The notes under the pieces were generated by a model. The model was not told where the DNA came from. It did not search any database and saw only the letters and a list, made by a program, of their open reading frames with translations. Made by a program: the position numbers and the translations under genes. A stretch of 63,819 nucleotides of DNA, counting the filler, from Pelomyxa schiedti (Eukaryota; Protista; Evosea), in assembly GCA_020536535.1 (NCBI GenBank). It is 15 parts of 15 records of this genome, joined end to end, with 100 filler letters (N's around TTAATTAATTAA, not from the genome) between each part and the next. Parts side by side here need not be neighbours in the genome. Positions count along the whole stretch, not along the records: positions 1 to 3,343 come from JAHLWZ010001757.1; positions 3,444 to 8,939 come from JAHLWZ010001495.1; positions 9,040 to 10,225 come from JAHLWZ010002725.1; positions 10,326 to 12,933 come from JAHLWZ010001945.1; positions 13,034 to 14,488 come from JAHLWZ010002494.1; 10 more parts are not named here. One strand, written 5' to 3'. Below are positions 1-14,175 of this stretch, piece by piece; position 1 is the first letter of the stretch, and each line of letters starts with the position of its first letter.

Positions 1-2
1 GA

Positions 3-119
3 AGCACATTGGTGTGTCTGTTGGCCGTTGGCGTGCTGCAAACTGTGTGCACACTGTTTTCCCAGAAAAACGCTCGTTTTTTGATCGTGTGCACACCGAA
101 AAAGTTTGGGCAGTCCCAA
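3..119. mobile_element. Terminus of a collapsed interspersed repeat, copy 1
   Basis: 117 nt identical to 59086-59202. Both copies sit at a sequence start and end sharply at ...GGGCAGTCCCAA. Contains two GTGTGCACAC palindromes and two short hairpins. Confidence 0.65.
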
Positions 120-124
120 ATTAA

Positions 125-987
125 ATTGTGCCCCTGGAGCCCATCCCCAAGCTCAGCCTCAGCAGCGGCGACATCGGCCCGTTCGACGTCCGCGTGCCCG
201 TGGCGGTGCCCCTGTGGGTCGCCGTGCGCCTGCGCCAGGAGCGCCTGTGCGACGTCCACGCGCCCAGCTGGGCCTCGGTCGCCTCGCTCCAGGCGGCCCT
301 CCGCACCGAGCAGCAGCAGGACCTCGCCGACTTCGTGACCCTCCGCGGCGGCGGCGGCGTGGGGGGCCCCGGCGGCGCCTCCTCGCGGCCCCCGCCGGCC
401 TTTGGCATGGAGCTGCCGCGGCACTGGCAGTCTGTGGGCCAGCAGCTGCTGCGGGACTGCCCCGAGGCGTTCACCGCGGCCGAGTCGGGGGCCAGCGCGC
501 ACGAGGTGAGGGTGGCGATGGAGGACCTGAGGAACGCGAGGGACCACAAGCTGAGGGAGGTCGTGGGGGGCCACCTGGACTCGCCGTCGCTCAAGCTCAA
601 CGGCCTGTCACTTGTGGAGATAAACTCGATCAGGGACTATGTCACTACTTGCATGGATCACTTTGCTTCACTGTCTATGATCCCGTATGGGAAGGCTCCT
701 GCGGTGTGCCATTTTCTCTTTTGGCTTTTGTTGGCAACGTTTGTGTCTCAATAAAAACAAGTGCACATGTATTAATGTTGAAAAACCAAAAAACCAAAAA
801 TAAAAAAGAAAGCTACTAGTATTATCCATTTAACAAACAGCAGGCAACACCGGACTTTATCCCGATGCTTCCGGAAAGAGACGAACCCAATCAGCAGGAG
901 ACCGTTACAACTGCTCCTCAATTCCTTCGCACAGTTCGCAAGCGCGTACCACCAAACAACACAAATCCACCTCCCAACAAGTCCTAG
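125..987 (+). CDS. GINS2: GINS complex subunit Psf2, 5'-truncated; exons 125-703 and 841-987
   Basis: IVPLEPIPKLSLSSGDIGPF...VAVPLWVAVRLRQERLC...PSW...EVRVAMEDLRNARDHKLR...KLNGLSLVEIN matches Psf2 ([39 protein letters not shown]). GT-AG intron at 704-840. The first ~15 residues are absent and there is an in-frame TAA at 122. Confidence 0.9.
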
Positions 988-1217
988 ACATTACCGTAAG
1001 GAATAAAACAAATAATGTCAATAGCACTGTGTAACTCTTTTTCCAGCAACGCCTTTTTATTGCCCCCCATAGAACCATCCATATACTTCAGAACCACACC
1101 TCTGGAACCCAGCTCCAAACAAACCAGATAGTCCCGAATCGATCATTCCACGGAACTTAAAAAGCTTCACGAAACATTCTTACTCGAAAAATAAAACTTT
1201 CTCCTTAGACGAATTTC

Positions 1218-1877
1218 ATGTTGCACCAGACTCCTTCCTCCGCCGTCGTGGCTCTCGCCCTCGTCCTCTCCCTCGTGGCTTTGGCCGCCTCCGCCCCCCG
1301 CACCCCGGAGCCCCCGTGCTTCCCCTCCCTGCTGCACATCACCCGCGGCCAAGTCATATGCCACAACTCGACCGGGGGATACTGCGCCGGCGCGGCCACC
1401 GGTGACTTCCTCGCGTGGATGGACTTCTCCAATTCCACGACCGGCGGGGACTCCGACCGGCTGCAGCGGTACCGCGAGGACGCCGTCCTCGACTCTGGGC
1501 TGCTCTACACCCGCGAGTACGTGATAGGCTCCGACCAGTGGGACTACTACCTGGCCACCACGACGGACACCGCGCTGCAGTGCGTCCACGCGCAGGGCGA
1601 GGACGTCATGCCCCGCTGCGTCTTCGCCGACGCCGCGTTCGCGGGCCGGCGCGCGTGGCACGGCGCCACGTGCCTGGCGTGGGACGGCTGGTGGGTCGTC
1701 AGGGGCACCTCCCAGCCTTACACCGCGTTCCTGAACGAGGCTACGTGGCAGATTTATGGGTGGCAGGCCGGCGGGGTCGAGTACATCTACTACGAGTACG
1801 TCGTTTTGGATTCTCTCGACGACGCCGTGTGGGTGAGGCCAGAGTCAATTAAATGCATTCCCATTTTCACTCCATGA
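1218..1877 (+). CDS. Secreted protein, probable ependymin-related (EPDR/LolA-like) fold
   Basis: Hydrophobic signal peptide, then PPCFP...MDFSN...RYRED...C...FAG..WHGATCLAW...DAVWVRPESIKC, a spacing typical of ependymin-related proteins. Intronless and GC-rich. Confidence 0.6.
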   Translation: MLHQTPSSAVVALALVLSLVALAASAPRTPEPPCFPSLLHITRGQVICHNSTGGYCAGAATGDFLAWMDFSNSTTGGDSDRLQRYREDAVLDSGLLYTREYVIGSDQWDYYLATTTDTALQCVHAQGEDVMPRCVFADAAFAGRRAWHGATCLAWDGWWVVRGTSQPYTAFLNEATWQIYGWQAGGVEYIYYEYVVLDSLDDAVWVRPESIKCIPIFTP

Positions 1878-2029
1878 CATTTGGGCATTTGCCAAATTTT
1901 TGTTGAATACCTGAAAGGAATTGTGTTTCATTGAAACTTCTTTTTTTCTTTTGTTGTTGTACTACTGTAAACGCTGCTTGAACATTTACAAGTAATACAC
2001 ATTGCATTGTAAAGAAGTGTGATGCCTTT

Positions 2030-2944
2030 CAACCCCCAAGAGGTAATGGTGGCAGAACGTGGAACGGAACTTTGAATTTCAATAGTTCCAATGTCTTGGC
2101 GTTGGTGTTAACTACGAAGTGGAAATTCGCAAACCATTTCAATGATACTGAACACAATGTGAGAGAGGTTGATTAGAAAATAAAGCTGTACCTAAATCTG
2201 ATTCGAAGGAGTGATATGCTCCGGGTGGTATAAACATTGAAAAGCTTGTTATCTTTGTGTTTGTAACTACATCACTGAATTCTTGTTCAGTACGCTGAGG
2301 CGTGGGTTGCCTATTGATATGTTAATGTTGGTTACTAAAGGTATTTGTACTGATTGTAATGGTTGCTAGATTTGTGAATGGTTGATACTATTTCTTCGGA
2401 AGTAATAAATATGGATATCTATCACAGATTAGTGGTTTTTAGCAAATGAATGATCATTTTCGCTGTACCTGCTGGCAACGATTTTTACAAAGCTCGAAGC
2501 TACACTGCCCGGATAGTGTATCTCCAAGTGTTGGTCCCCCTGACGCTAGACTTATTTGAGAAATGGGAGCTCCACCACTGTTTGCACTCACAATAACTGC
2601 CCCTCAATGAGTATAAAAAGAAACTTATGGTAAGGACACACGAGGTTGATGAAGTTTATGAAGAGCTGGATCTGCTGAACTTGGATTTGTTTCGGTCTCA
2701 AACCTAACTGTAATTATGTAAAACTCACATTTCCAAAAAAAAAAAAAAAAAGGAAGAAACCTTCGTAAACTGTTGCAGACACTTCCGTATCCAGTGACAA
2801 AGGCCATTCTATTCTCTGCGTAACTATGTGTACGTTAGGATCTGTGAGACTTCCCACCGCAATTATTCCCATTAAAAAAGGTACCAGAAGATGGCGAAGC
2901 AACAGTGAGTGGTTGTTGTGAGGTGACTAGATGATGTGTTCCAT
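2030..2944 (-). CDS. Hypothetical intron-containing gene, possible signal peptide
   Basis: Hydrophobic segment LLVPFLMGIIAVGS followed by several plausible GT-AG introns. No recognisable domain; boundaries approximate. Confidence 0.3.
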
Positions 2945-3343
2945 CAAAATATAAACTGGCTGACAACACAGCAAAATATGAATATCTGAATTATTCAGTT
3001 ACGATCTTAAGCATATGACACGACTTCTACTAGAATAAGACAAGTGGATAGAATTTGCCTCACGGAAGTGCCCCGAAACGTTGGAGGAATCATGTGTGGT
3101 AAGCGAAGATTTACTCTGTCTGTTGCGGTTGAAAAGGGGATGGAGTGGGTGTTCTTTTACATGTCCTCTTATCACACTGCAAACGGGTCTCATCAGAGGA
3201 TGATGACTCAATGTGATCAAGTACAAATACAGACGAAAATGAGACGGAAACATGGAAGGAACTAGGAGAACCATCTTTTAAAAGCAAAAAAAATAAGTGG
3301 GTAAACAGCAACAGGGTGTTATGGTAGGGGAAAAGTCAAAAAA

Positions 3344-3443
3344 NNNNNNNNNNNNNNNNNNNNNNNNNNNNNNNNNNNNNNNNNNNNTTAATTAATTAAN
3401 NNNNNNNNNNNNNNNNNNNNNNNNNNNNNNNNNNNNNNNNNNN
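3344..3443. other. Artificial contig linker N44-TTAATTAATTAA-N44 (first of 14)
   Basis: Identical 100-nt linker with stops in all six frames at 3344, 8940, 10226, 12934, 14489, 19613, 39192, 46491, 48605, 53930, 55135, 57703, 58986 and 62282. Sequence on either side is not biologically adjacent. Confidence 0.98.
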
Positions 3444-3735
3444 CATTTTTAGCCCAAGCCTGGAAGTCATGAAGCGTTGTACCGAGTTGTTTAGGCAGAG
3501 ATACCTGGTTCCGGAGTTGCTTTTCTGGTTTTGTAATGTTGAAGAAGGATGTCAGTGGATCAAAAACACCTTTTACACTACAGGCTCCCCCTTTTTTTAT
3601 GGCTTGTCAAGAGTGCACCAAAGATACATTTACTCAGTTAAAACATTCAAATGGCTTTTGCAAAACTTCCACTTAAGCAAGGGCCAAAACAACCGTTTGC
3701 TATCACTGTTGCTCGTTCAGAATGGTTCATACTAA
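3444..3735 (+). pseudogene. Truncated fragment of the ankyrin-like helical-repeat family
   Basis: IYSVKTFKWLLQNFHLSKGQNNRLL aligns with FGSTKAVKWLITQFNLEREHITAKNNSIL of 59202-61292 but stops early. Confidence 0.45.
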
Positions 3736-6700
3736 TTCCATGTGACACGGAAGGTGTCCGTGATTGCTTCCTCCCATTTCATTTTAGGTGATGCGAGGTT
3801 TCAAATTTTAACGACTGATCGGCTCTTAAAGCAAAAAAAATGACGAAATACGTGTCGCGTTGCTCTTGTCCCCGTCAGACCAGACGTAACGTTCGAAATT
3901 TCGTCTCGTTGGAACAATCAATCAACATCACAGGCAACCAAGTTGAAACAAACAGATCTTTTTTTGGCGTTAATGCACAAAGTTACAAGCCTACGAAGGT
4001 TGCTTCGTGGATTGTTCCACTGCGTTACCACCGCCACCGCAATCCCACGCAATTTGGACGGTGAGAGCATAATACTGCTGTCACTTGTTATTTCCACCGG
4101 CACAGTCGTTCCCGGGTGGCGTTGCCCCATGCCCGGGACCCCGGCCGGTGGTGCCCCAACGCACTGCGGCTTGCTTCACGCGAGTTGCCGTCGACGGGAC
4201 CCTCTGTCCTGCACACTGCCCAATCCTCCCTTCCGCTGCTGCTTCCCGCCCTTGCTGTGGTTTTTATTTTTGGGTAAAAATCGTGATTGTAAGTTTTATT
4301 TTTTGGAGCCAAATAATGGCCAAGAGTTATTGAGCCACTGTGTGAATGCCAAAGATGTGGTCTTACATCAGGACAATGCAATATTCGTTGCAGACATTAC
4401 TTGGGCCTTCTCGGCATTTTCTGTACAAAGTACCGATGTTAAGAAGTAAAAAATAATTTCTATTTTGTACTTATGGTTTAAGTTTGATGGGGTGCATGCT
4501 GTTTCGGAGTCGGGTCTGGGTGGGGATACAGGTACCATAATGTGTGTGTTGATGCAAAAACTGGAAATTAGCAACAAAACAGGGCATGGAACCAAAAAAC
4601 TTGGCAACACTCTACTAGGATAATGAGAGCGTGGTGATAAACAAGGAGAGGAACCAGGGCCGTTTGGGGTGTGTGTTGAGATCCCCACAGGGGTGGTTCT
4701 ACCAGTCGACACGTCAATATGGGACCGCGTCGTGGTCGTAGCCGACGGTGCTGGAAAATGAAAACCGAACCAACCCATAATCGCGGCGTTGCCCTCGCAA
4801 ACGCCGAGTTGAGCTGGCTGCTTCGGGGTTGCTGACGCGCTCGCTGTTGCCGCAGGAAGGAGTGCATTGCGGTGCTCAGGGGACTGTGTGTTGGTGTGCA
4901 CCCAATGCAATACAATCCTTTGTCTGTTGTTGTGCGGTGCTTTCATCAGTTTTGTTGGCTCTTGCTCGAGCGGTGTCCCTCATGTCCGGAAAAGTGGTGC
5001 ATTCAACATCATGATTTCACCTGAGCGAGGTGGCAGGTCGAGGGTGACAACAATAGGTTGTTGTTAACACTGCTTGAGGCAAACAAGGAGAGATACACCA
5101 CTTGGTCTCAATAGTTCCATGTGACACTGGATGAGGTCTGTTTTTCCCTCTCCATTTACTCACATGAAAAAAGATTGGGAGAATGACAAAGAACGCACTG
5201 GGCACCAATATCAGGTATTGAAGATGCTGCTGTGTCCGTTTCCTGAGATCGCACCTCGTTTGCGTGCAGCACCTCCGTTCTTTTGTGTTGGGGGGGGGCC
5301 TCACAGACAAAGCGGCATGGGTTCACACTCGATAGGCGTGTGAGGTGGATAAACTCCTGGATGACCGCGAACTCTAAGCCTTGTGACTGAATACCAGCTC
5401 CCGAACAAGCAGTAATTTGCCAATTAAATAGAACCTTGTTCTTCACAGTTTCGAGGTTTTGGTATGGTATTTCATGGTAATGAATATGAGCAGTGCCACT
5501 GGTTGCCTGAGATTTCCCATAGGGTTGTGAGGGTTCGAGGTTGTTTCGCTTCTTGCGTACTTATAACCCGCGGGATAAAAAGAGGTCAACACACAGCCAT
5601 TACTTGAGCAAGTCAGTGGCCAAGTGGTTCTTGCCATAATGCGCAATTTGGAAACTAAAAGGTTCTGTGGAAAATGTGCTTCTGTACTCATCTTCAAGTG
5701 TGTTGCCTGTAAATATGTGTGTGGTAGATTTGATTTGAGGAGGACTGGAAAGGTGGTGAAGCGAGGGGATCAGACAATGACCACCACCCGGAAATGGTAG
5801 GACACACCATCAATTTGGGTATTGTAAGGCCTGGAATATTTCTTGAAGATATTACACCCAAGATGGTACTCCATAAGCACAGTCACACATCCATTGGAAA
5901 GCAGGAAGTTCTCAGTTCATTTCCGCTTAAGATAGCAAAACATTCTTCCAAAATTGACATTTCTTTATCAGTAAAAAAAGAGGAAGTCAACAGGTTCCCC
6001 AGAAAGTTTTGAAGCTGAAAAAGATCCCTCCTATGCATCTTCCAAAATTGTGTGACTGCCCTCTTCATCACTTTTGGTTCTCTCTCAAGTCTCATATGCT
6101 GTGTAGTTGGCATCTTGCTCTACGAGTTGCTATGTCAAATGAATTGACAGAAACAGACCACAGAAGATGGTATTATATCATGCATCAAGTTGAGTGAGGG
6201 AGAAGAAAGGAGCTGCAGGTTTTGCTGATGAAGGATTTAAGTATTTTGTAGAGTCTTTTCTCCAAACAAGGAGTGCCTGTTGTAGTCAAGACACTCAAAC
6301 AATGTTTTTCAGCTCTTAAGAGTTACATTTACAGAACAACCAAAATGTACTGCTGATTGCTTTAAGTTGTCCCTCGTTGGCTCGAGTAATTTTTGTATTC
6401 AGATCATGTTTTCATTGAAGTAGCTTCCAAAGTGTGTTTACTGGTATTTTCCATGGAGAGAAACTTTCATTCACTTACAACGCTGGAGTGGCTGGAAAAG
6501 TGATACCAGAAGGGTATTTCTTGTGATATTTGTTGTATAAATCCTGAAATCCAGGTTGTATTCCATTCTTTGTATATGGAGCAAGACCTCTCCACCTTCA
6601 GAAATTTTATGGCACAGTGTGCCACCTTCTACACATGTGCTTGTCAGTATCACGTGAGAAGTACTGTCACGAGAGAGATTGCTAAAGTTCAAATTGGCCT

Positions 6701-9646
6701 GAATTATTGATCACTTCCAGGATTGGGGAACAAGAGACTGTGGGAGCTCCAATAATTTAAAAAACTACAAAGAGTTCTCGTTGGCATATTCAGGCTCACT
6801 GAAGCTTTGACAGAAATGAAGTCACGAATCCAAGCAATAATTGAACAGTTCGTGATGTTGCAGAGAGCTTCAATATCATAAGACTGGCTGATTTCAGGGA
6901 CAAATGGTTGTTGGGGGTTTTAAACTCGCAAACCAACTGGGTATATATCGACCGACACGGCAGTGTGTCTTTTTGTTGGTGGCTGTTACAGTGGCTCCTT
7001 GGAATTTTCAGGAAAAGAAGACATCTTTCGAATCTATGTTGAAGATACAACAGATTTTATGGTATGAAATCGGTATTCCAGTGGCCACCATAATATTTCA
7101 TGGAAGTTCAAATGTGTGTGAAAGGGCTTATTGTTCAGCACGGTTGCAATGAAAGCCAACCTCAAATAAAAGAAGAAAAAAAACCAAGAGACGGAAAAGC
7201 AACGACTGGCAAGTTGATTTTAACAGCCAACTTCAAGCTCTTGGAAGAAATTTGTTGTCCAATGTGCCTCTTTCCTTCAAGTTTTTATTCTCTGTCTAAA
7301 TCGGCATTGTAATATACAATATATTCTCTGGTTCTTCTTCCATGTGGTTTTGTGGTATGGTTGTCATCTACCAGTGATTTTTTTTTTTTGAAGAAAAGTG
7401 TAGTGCACAGTGGCAGGTCAGAATAGATCACAACACCAGGGGTGAGTGAGACATCTGAACAGCAGGCCGAAATCCAAAAGTTATAGCACCGTGCCGTTTG
7501 AACAGGAATCAAATCAAATCAAGTGACAACTTCCTTCCTCAAAATTATCACCACTGAGCAGAGGGACATCTGCTTCAAGGGGCTCGTGCATTTCTGAAGG
7601 GTGGATAAGCGGTCCGTCCAATCACTTGTCGACTTGATCCAATTTGCATAGGATGATCCCGCCCCATGTCTGCCGTTGGAACGGGAAGTTATGCTAGGTT
7701 CTTGTGGTATTTGTTACTTCTCCTTCTTTGCCTTGAAATCGGCAATCATCTCGTGCAGTGATGGTCCCATTCCTGGGTTGGCTTGTTCCTTTGTATCTCA
7801 CAACCACAGTGACTGATCTTCAGTTGCCTTGAAGGAGCAAAGCCGCATATGTTGATTGGCTCTCACACTTGATTCTTTTGATAAGTTTCCTGTTTGCCCC
7901 CACTGTCTCTGTTGTTCTGTTAGACCATACAGTTTGTTTCCATGGGGCACTCCTGAGTGAAACTTTCAAGAATCAGGTTTTCAAAAGAAATGAACTTTTG
8001 AGGTATTTTTTCAGCAAATCTCCCTACGTGCGAGAAGTTGTAGCAGTCATTTATATACCATTCTGCAGTTTGGCTGACCTCTTTGCTGAAGTAGTAGTTG
8101 ATGAACGAGTGGCAAACGCTGAGCAAGCCTCAGAACAGACAGTAAAGGGCTTTGATTTTTTTCCTTTCTTTATAACTGGTGCTGATATTGAACTCTTATG
8201 GGCTGCGGAGCCGTCAATGAATCATGCTTCTTCATCACTTCGAGTCACCAAGTTGGTGCTATGCACCGCTCCTCACCAAGTGGCAGAAGAGAATAAACTT
8301 CGTGTGCAAGAGCGGCACAGTGGTTCCGCCAAGTTGGGGGGAGAACTGGGTCCAGTTCACCCACTCTGCCAGCTTGAGCGATGAATGAGGAAAAGGACTC
8401 CCTTCAAAAAGAAACCAATGATGCCACTGACATTCTTCCCGCCAATCGAACACGCCATTATTGTGTCGATTTAAGTGCCGGATTCTTCTTCTCCAAAGAC
8501 CTGTACGAATGAGATCAGAGAGAAAAACAGAACAGGAGTTCTTACACATGGAGAAATACTTCCCAAAAGAATTGTGTCACTGAAAATTGATGATGTGTGA
8601 GCACATTGGGTCTTTTGATTCCAAAGGACAGGCTTCTGTGCCAAGTTTAACACCCACAAGAGAATAAGAAAAAAAAAGGGGAACAACTGACCCACCCAAG
8701 CCAAACCAGGGTCTGACTCGTAAGATGTGTGCCACAACAAGTTCCGACGAATAACAAGAAGTCTTGGTGTGACTGCGTTCCTGGTTTTTTGCACTGCTCA
8801 ACTTTCTTCACCGTTGTCTCGTTGTCCCAAAATGAGAGCTGCCTTTGAGTTGGCGGAATAACCTGCTGCCGAGTGAGCCACGTGAAAAAGGCTTAAAAAA
8901 AGGGTGGAACACACTTGTACGCCATCAACAACAACGATGNNNNNNNNNNNNNNNNNNNNNNNNNNNNNNNNNNNNNNNNNNNNTTAATTAATTAANNNNN
9001 NNNNNNNNNNNNNNNNNNNNNNNNNNNNNNNNNNNNNNNGCCACTAAGTTTGTGAAGAACAAAGAAAGAGATAATAATAAATAATCGTGGGTTCTGTTGA
9101 TCTGGTACCACGCAGTGTAGTTCGAGAGGAATGGATCCTCTCGAGGAAGGATTCTGCAATTGGAGGTGCGTTGACCACCACCAGCCTACATGGACCTGTT
9201 AGTGGTCAGAGCGATTAACCACAACTGTGTTGTGGTGGTGAAGTTTGGGGTTGTTGCAGAAACAACACCCAGCTATTGTATTGGCCTGCCGGTTCAAGTG
9301 GGCCACATTTTGTTTTGGCTCGTTTGGTTCGGAACCATTTTTGGGGGTTGACGTTGATATTTATGGGAGGAGCTTTTATTAAGGTGGGAAACCCCCATAA
9401 ATACTGTAGATTTTCTAACTGGCTTTTAGAAAAAGAAAACCATTTAGCCAACAGTTCGGTCTATTGGTGGCCCAGAATCCTGCTTCAGGGTGGTGGGAGG
9501 TTGTACGGTGTTCTGGTTATTCTTAGTGTGCAGGCTGACATTGCTTGAGTAGTGCTCAGAGCTGAGATCTGTTGGGAACTCGTTCTCACGAATACACAGT
9601 TGCAAGGGAACAAAAACAAAAAAAGAGTGCGGAGGCCACGTTGCCA

Positions 9647-9752
9647 AACGGCGACGGCGACGGCTGTGGCTACGGCGACGGCGACGGCTGCGGCTACGGC
9701 TGCGGCGACGGCTGCAGCGACGGCTGCGGCGACGGCTGCGGCGACAGCGACA
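9647..9752. repeat. Imperfect GC-rich 6/12-nt tandem repeat (GACGGC / GGCTGCGGCGAC)
   Basis: acggcgacggcgacggctgtggctacggcgacggcgacggctgcggctacggctgcggcgacggctgc... seen directly. Confidence 0.85.
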
Positions 9753-12700
9753 GGTACAGCTACGTGAGAGCAGCAACCCCCAACACAATTTGTTATGCCC
9801 ATCTACAATGACACTATGCAACAATGTGTGCTTGGCCTGTGTGTCAACTCTACACAACTCAGTCATGTAGTAAGTGATCAAGTGGGAACTTTGCCCACAA
9901 AGACCAGGCCCCTTTGGATTACTGGTGCTGGTACCAGACCGCAGGTCTGCCTTCCTCTTCCACTTGATTTTACAGCTGTAGAGTATATTCGTCGGTTCAA
10001 TGCACAACAACAGGGTTGACAGGAACACTCTGTTTTGTTGTTGCCAGCCTTGCAGTAGCTGACTTTCACATCCAGCCCTGGAACCAACAAGTAGGCATGG
10101 TCTCGTGCCTTCAATTTGTTCCTTGTTCTCACCAGTCTCATAGTGTTCTCTTCACCACACATGAGAGGCAATATGGCACCTTTGTCTTTGTGGCTATTCC
10201 ACTCTACTGCAGGTCCTGGTGGAGANNNNNNNNNNNNNNNNNNNNNNNNNNNNNNNNNNNNNNNNNNNNTTAATTAATTAANNNNNNNNNNNNNNNNNNN
10301 NNNNNNNNNNNNNNNNNNNNNNNNNGTTTATAAAGGATTCCAAAGTCAAGGGAAAGGTCTTGGGTATCTCGATGATCTTTCTGTGAACTTGATTTCCGAA
10401 CTTGGTAAGTGATGACTCAGCCTCTGAGTGTCCAGTCTCGAGTCTCGCGAGTGTGCCTTGTGCACAGTTTGCCTGTGTGTTCGCAGAATCACACAACATA
10501 CTTCTCAAAAAGTGTGCTGTTCCATGGGACCTGATTGTAGCATACCTCAAGTTTGTTCCTCCCAAGTTTAGCTTTCATGACTGACATACCTTTCAGCTGG
10601 ATTTGTGCTCAGGATGGGAAAGTAGCAACCTCAAAGGCATGGGAGAGTCTTGAGGCTCTTGAATCTCAGGTCAGTGGGGGCACATCCCTGCAAAAGGGGC
10701 TGAAGACCTTGCACACTGCTTCAATGAGAGGCAGAACTTTTGATTCATCTCTGACTGCACCATCATATGCATCATAGCAGACAATACCTAGTTGCCAATG
10801 TGTGGGTAGGCCAAGCACGCCAGCGCACACATCACCATCATGAAGTCCAGCAGCCAAAAAGGAAACCTGCTCTCCTTTGTGGTCTCTTCCTTGCTTTTTG
10901 GATAATTTTTAGAACAACCTGCGTTTTTCTCTGGAGGAATGTTGGCATCATGACCCACTCAGAATCTCACCACCTCAAAAAAGCCAAGTGAAGAGTTGCC
11001 ATTGTTCAATTCTATTGTCATCTCAGCTTTGAGAAGAACTTCCACCTCTTTCCAAGTAAACATATTGCAAGTGGATCTGCTGAGAATGGGACATTACTTG
11101 AAGAGTGCCACCAATGCTGAGGTTGTATGTCAATATTAATGTGTGTGCTCTGGCTCTCTCAGACAACATCAGCTATTTGGGAGTTGAACCTCCTTGGCTG
11201 GAGGTACCTGCGACAAACATTGATTCACAAGGTATGATAACTGGAAGTTGTTCCACTGTGGAAAAGGCATTCAGTAACACAGCACTTGGTTCAGACTGAT
11301 GGGTTCCATTTCTACAATTGTAGAGCATGAAAGAAACACTATTGCTAAAAATCATGAACAGAGGCTCAACAGACATTGGAACAGTTTCAACATCAGCAGC
11401 TTTTGACTGCAGTCATACAGTACCCAAGCTTGACCTACGCACACCCTGAGGAGGAAGCTACATTTTCTCAAACTTCAGTAACCCAGATTGAGGATGTTAC
11501 TGATGCGGAAACTGAAAAAGCTGGCTCTGAGCCACCTGCTTCCAGTCTCCCAATTCCTCAAGTACGATTACTTCTTACTGGCACCCCAGCCCTTGTCCCA
11601 ACTCCCACAACCTCTCAAGCTGATTGGCCTTCATCCCACTCAAGTGTCCCACAAGAGATATTAGCAACTGCAACTCTGGTACCTCCTGAGAGCACTCCAA
11701 CAAGTACTTCAGCATTCATGACAGAAACACCACATGAACCCATGGATGAAGAGTGGAGAGGCAGACCAAGATTGCTCCCCCAGAGCACCTAAGCATTCTT
11801 GTGACTTGTCTGGTGGGCAAGAAGCAAGTGACAGTGAATCAGACTCTCCCACCCAAGTGGCAGCCCATAAGGGATCTAAAGCTCCACAGGAAAAGCATGG
11901 TGGAAAAGGAAAACAACCACTGCCAAAGAGGGGTTGCCAAAGTACCAGTCCCAGTCCTGCCCCCCAAAGCAAAGGAAAAGCCACCAAAAAAGGAAAAAAA
12001 CACTGATTCTTTTATTTTGAAAAGCCTGACTAGCAGGCAAAAGCCTGCTTGTGGTGGCATTGCCTTAAATGCAGAAAAGGGCAGAGACAGTCGACACATT
12101 TACCTGTCATGGTTTAATGTGGTGATCAGACAAAGAGAGAGGGGGATTTACCTTGGTGATGACAGGCTTTCATCAGCAGCTGGCAAGTTGCTACACCTGG
12201 TCTCAAGTGTGAGAAATCGAAAAAGAAAAACAGAGAAGTACCTGGTTCAAGTCTGTCTTGGTGCGGCAGTCAATTACATTCACAGAATAATAATAATAAT
12301 AAAAGCAGGGAAAATGCCAAAGCCACACGCAATTCAGATACACTTTATCAATATCAAATAAAACTAGAAAACTGTGCATATAAACAAGAAAAGTAACACA
12401 ACACAGTGCAAGAAAATCAACATAAAATAAAAAAATTAAAAACAAGCACATTGGGGAAAAAAAACCGATACCGACGACTGAACGACCTGTGTCCCCAAAA
12501 GGCGACGTTCTGTCACACCACCATCCACACCCGGCCCACATTGCAGACCAACGGCAACGCGTCAACACCGTCTCCGTGAATTTTACTCTTTTAGCGACGA
12601 ACTCTTACACTAACGCTGGGTGATTGTCATCACGCTCAACAGGAGGGGGAACGTGTGTACTTCCACAAAGTACACGAACTCGGCCTTGCTCGCGAGGCTC

Positions 12701-13033
12701 TGAAGTCTGGTGGACTTTAGCGGGATTGGAGAGACTGAGGACTGAGCCAAATCTGGACTATTACCAGAATGAGACAGCGAAGGTAATGATCAGCGCACAG
12801 CGCAGCTGGGCACACAAATACAGCAACAACAACGTGGCAGGCGGTTTTGATCACATGCACACTTGTCCGAGAATCCATTTGAACATCGCAGCCTTTTAAC
12901 CCAATCGCACAACCGCTCTGCGAGATTTTACACNNNNNNNNNNNNNNNNNNNNNNNNNNNNNNNNNNNNNNNNNNNNTTAATTAATTAANNNNNNNNNNN
13001 NNNNNNNNNNNNNNNNNNNNNNNNNNNNNNNNN

Positions 13034-14175
<1,142 letters not shown>

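Noticed and set aside
3388-3399. Recurrent palindrome TTAATTAATTAA as a biological motif or piggyBac target site
   Set aside because: Always centred in N44...N44. It is an artificial six-frame-stop linker.
5400-8939. Possible decayed P-loop NTPase or transposon gene (LIIDHFQ resembles a Walker B motif near 6705)
   Set aside because: Many stops in all frames, no Walker A motif and no consistent splice model; cannot be supported without a search.
9122-9144. Perfect 9-bp hairpin TCGAGAGGA-ATGGA-TCCTCTCGA
   Set aside because: Isolated, with no second copy, U-tract or tRNA context; may be chance.
10326-12400. Short ORFs with coding-like composition
   Set aside because: No recognisable domain or coherent exon chain; probably a decayed gene.
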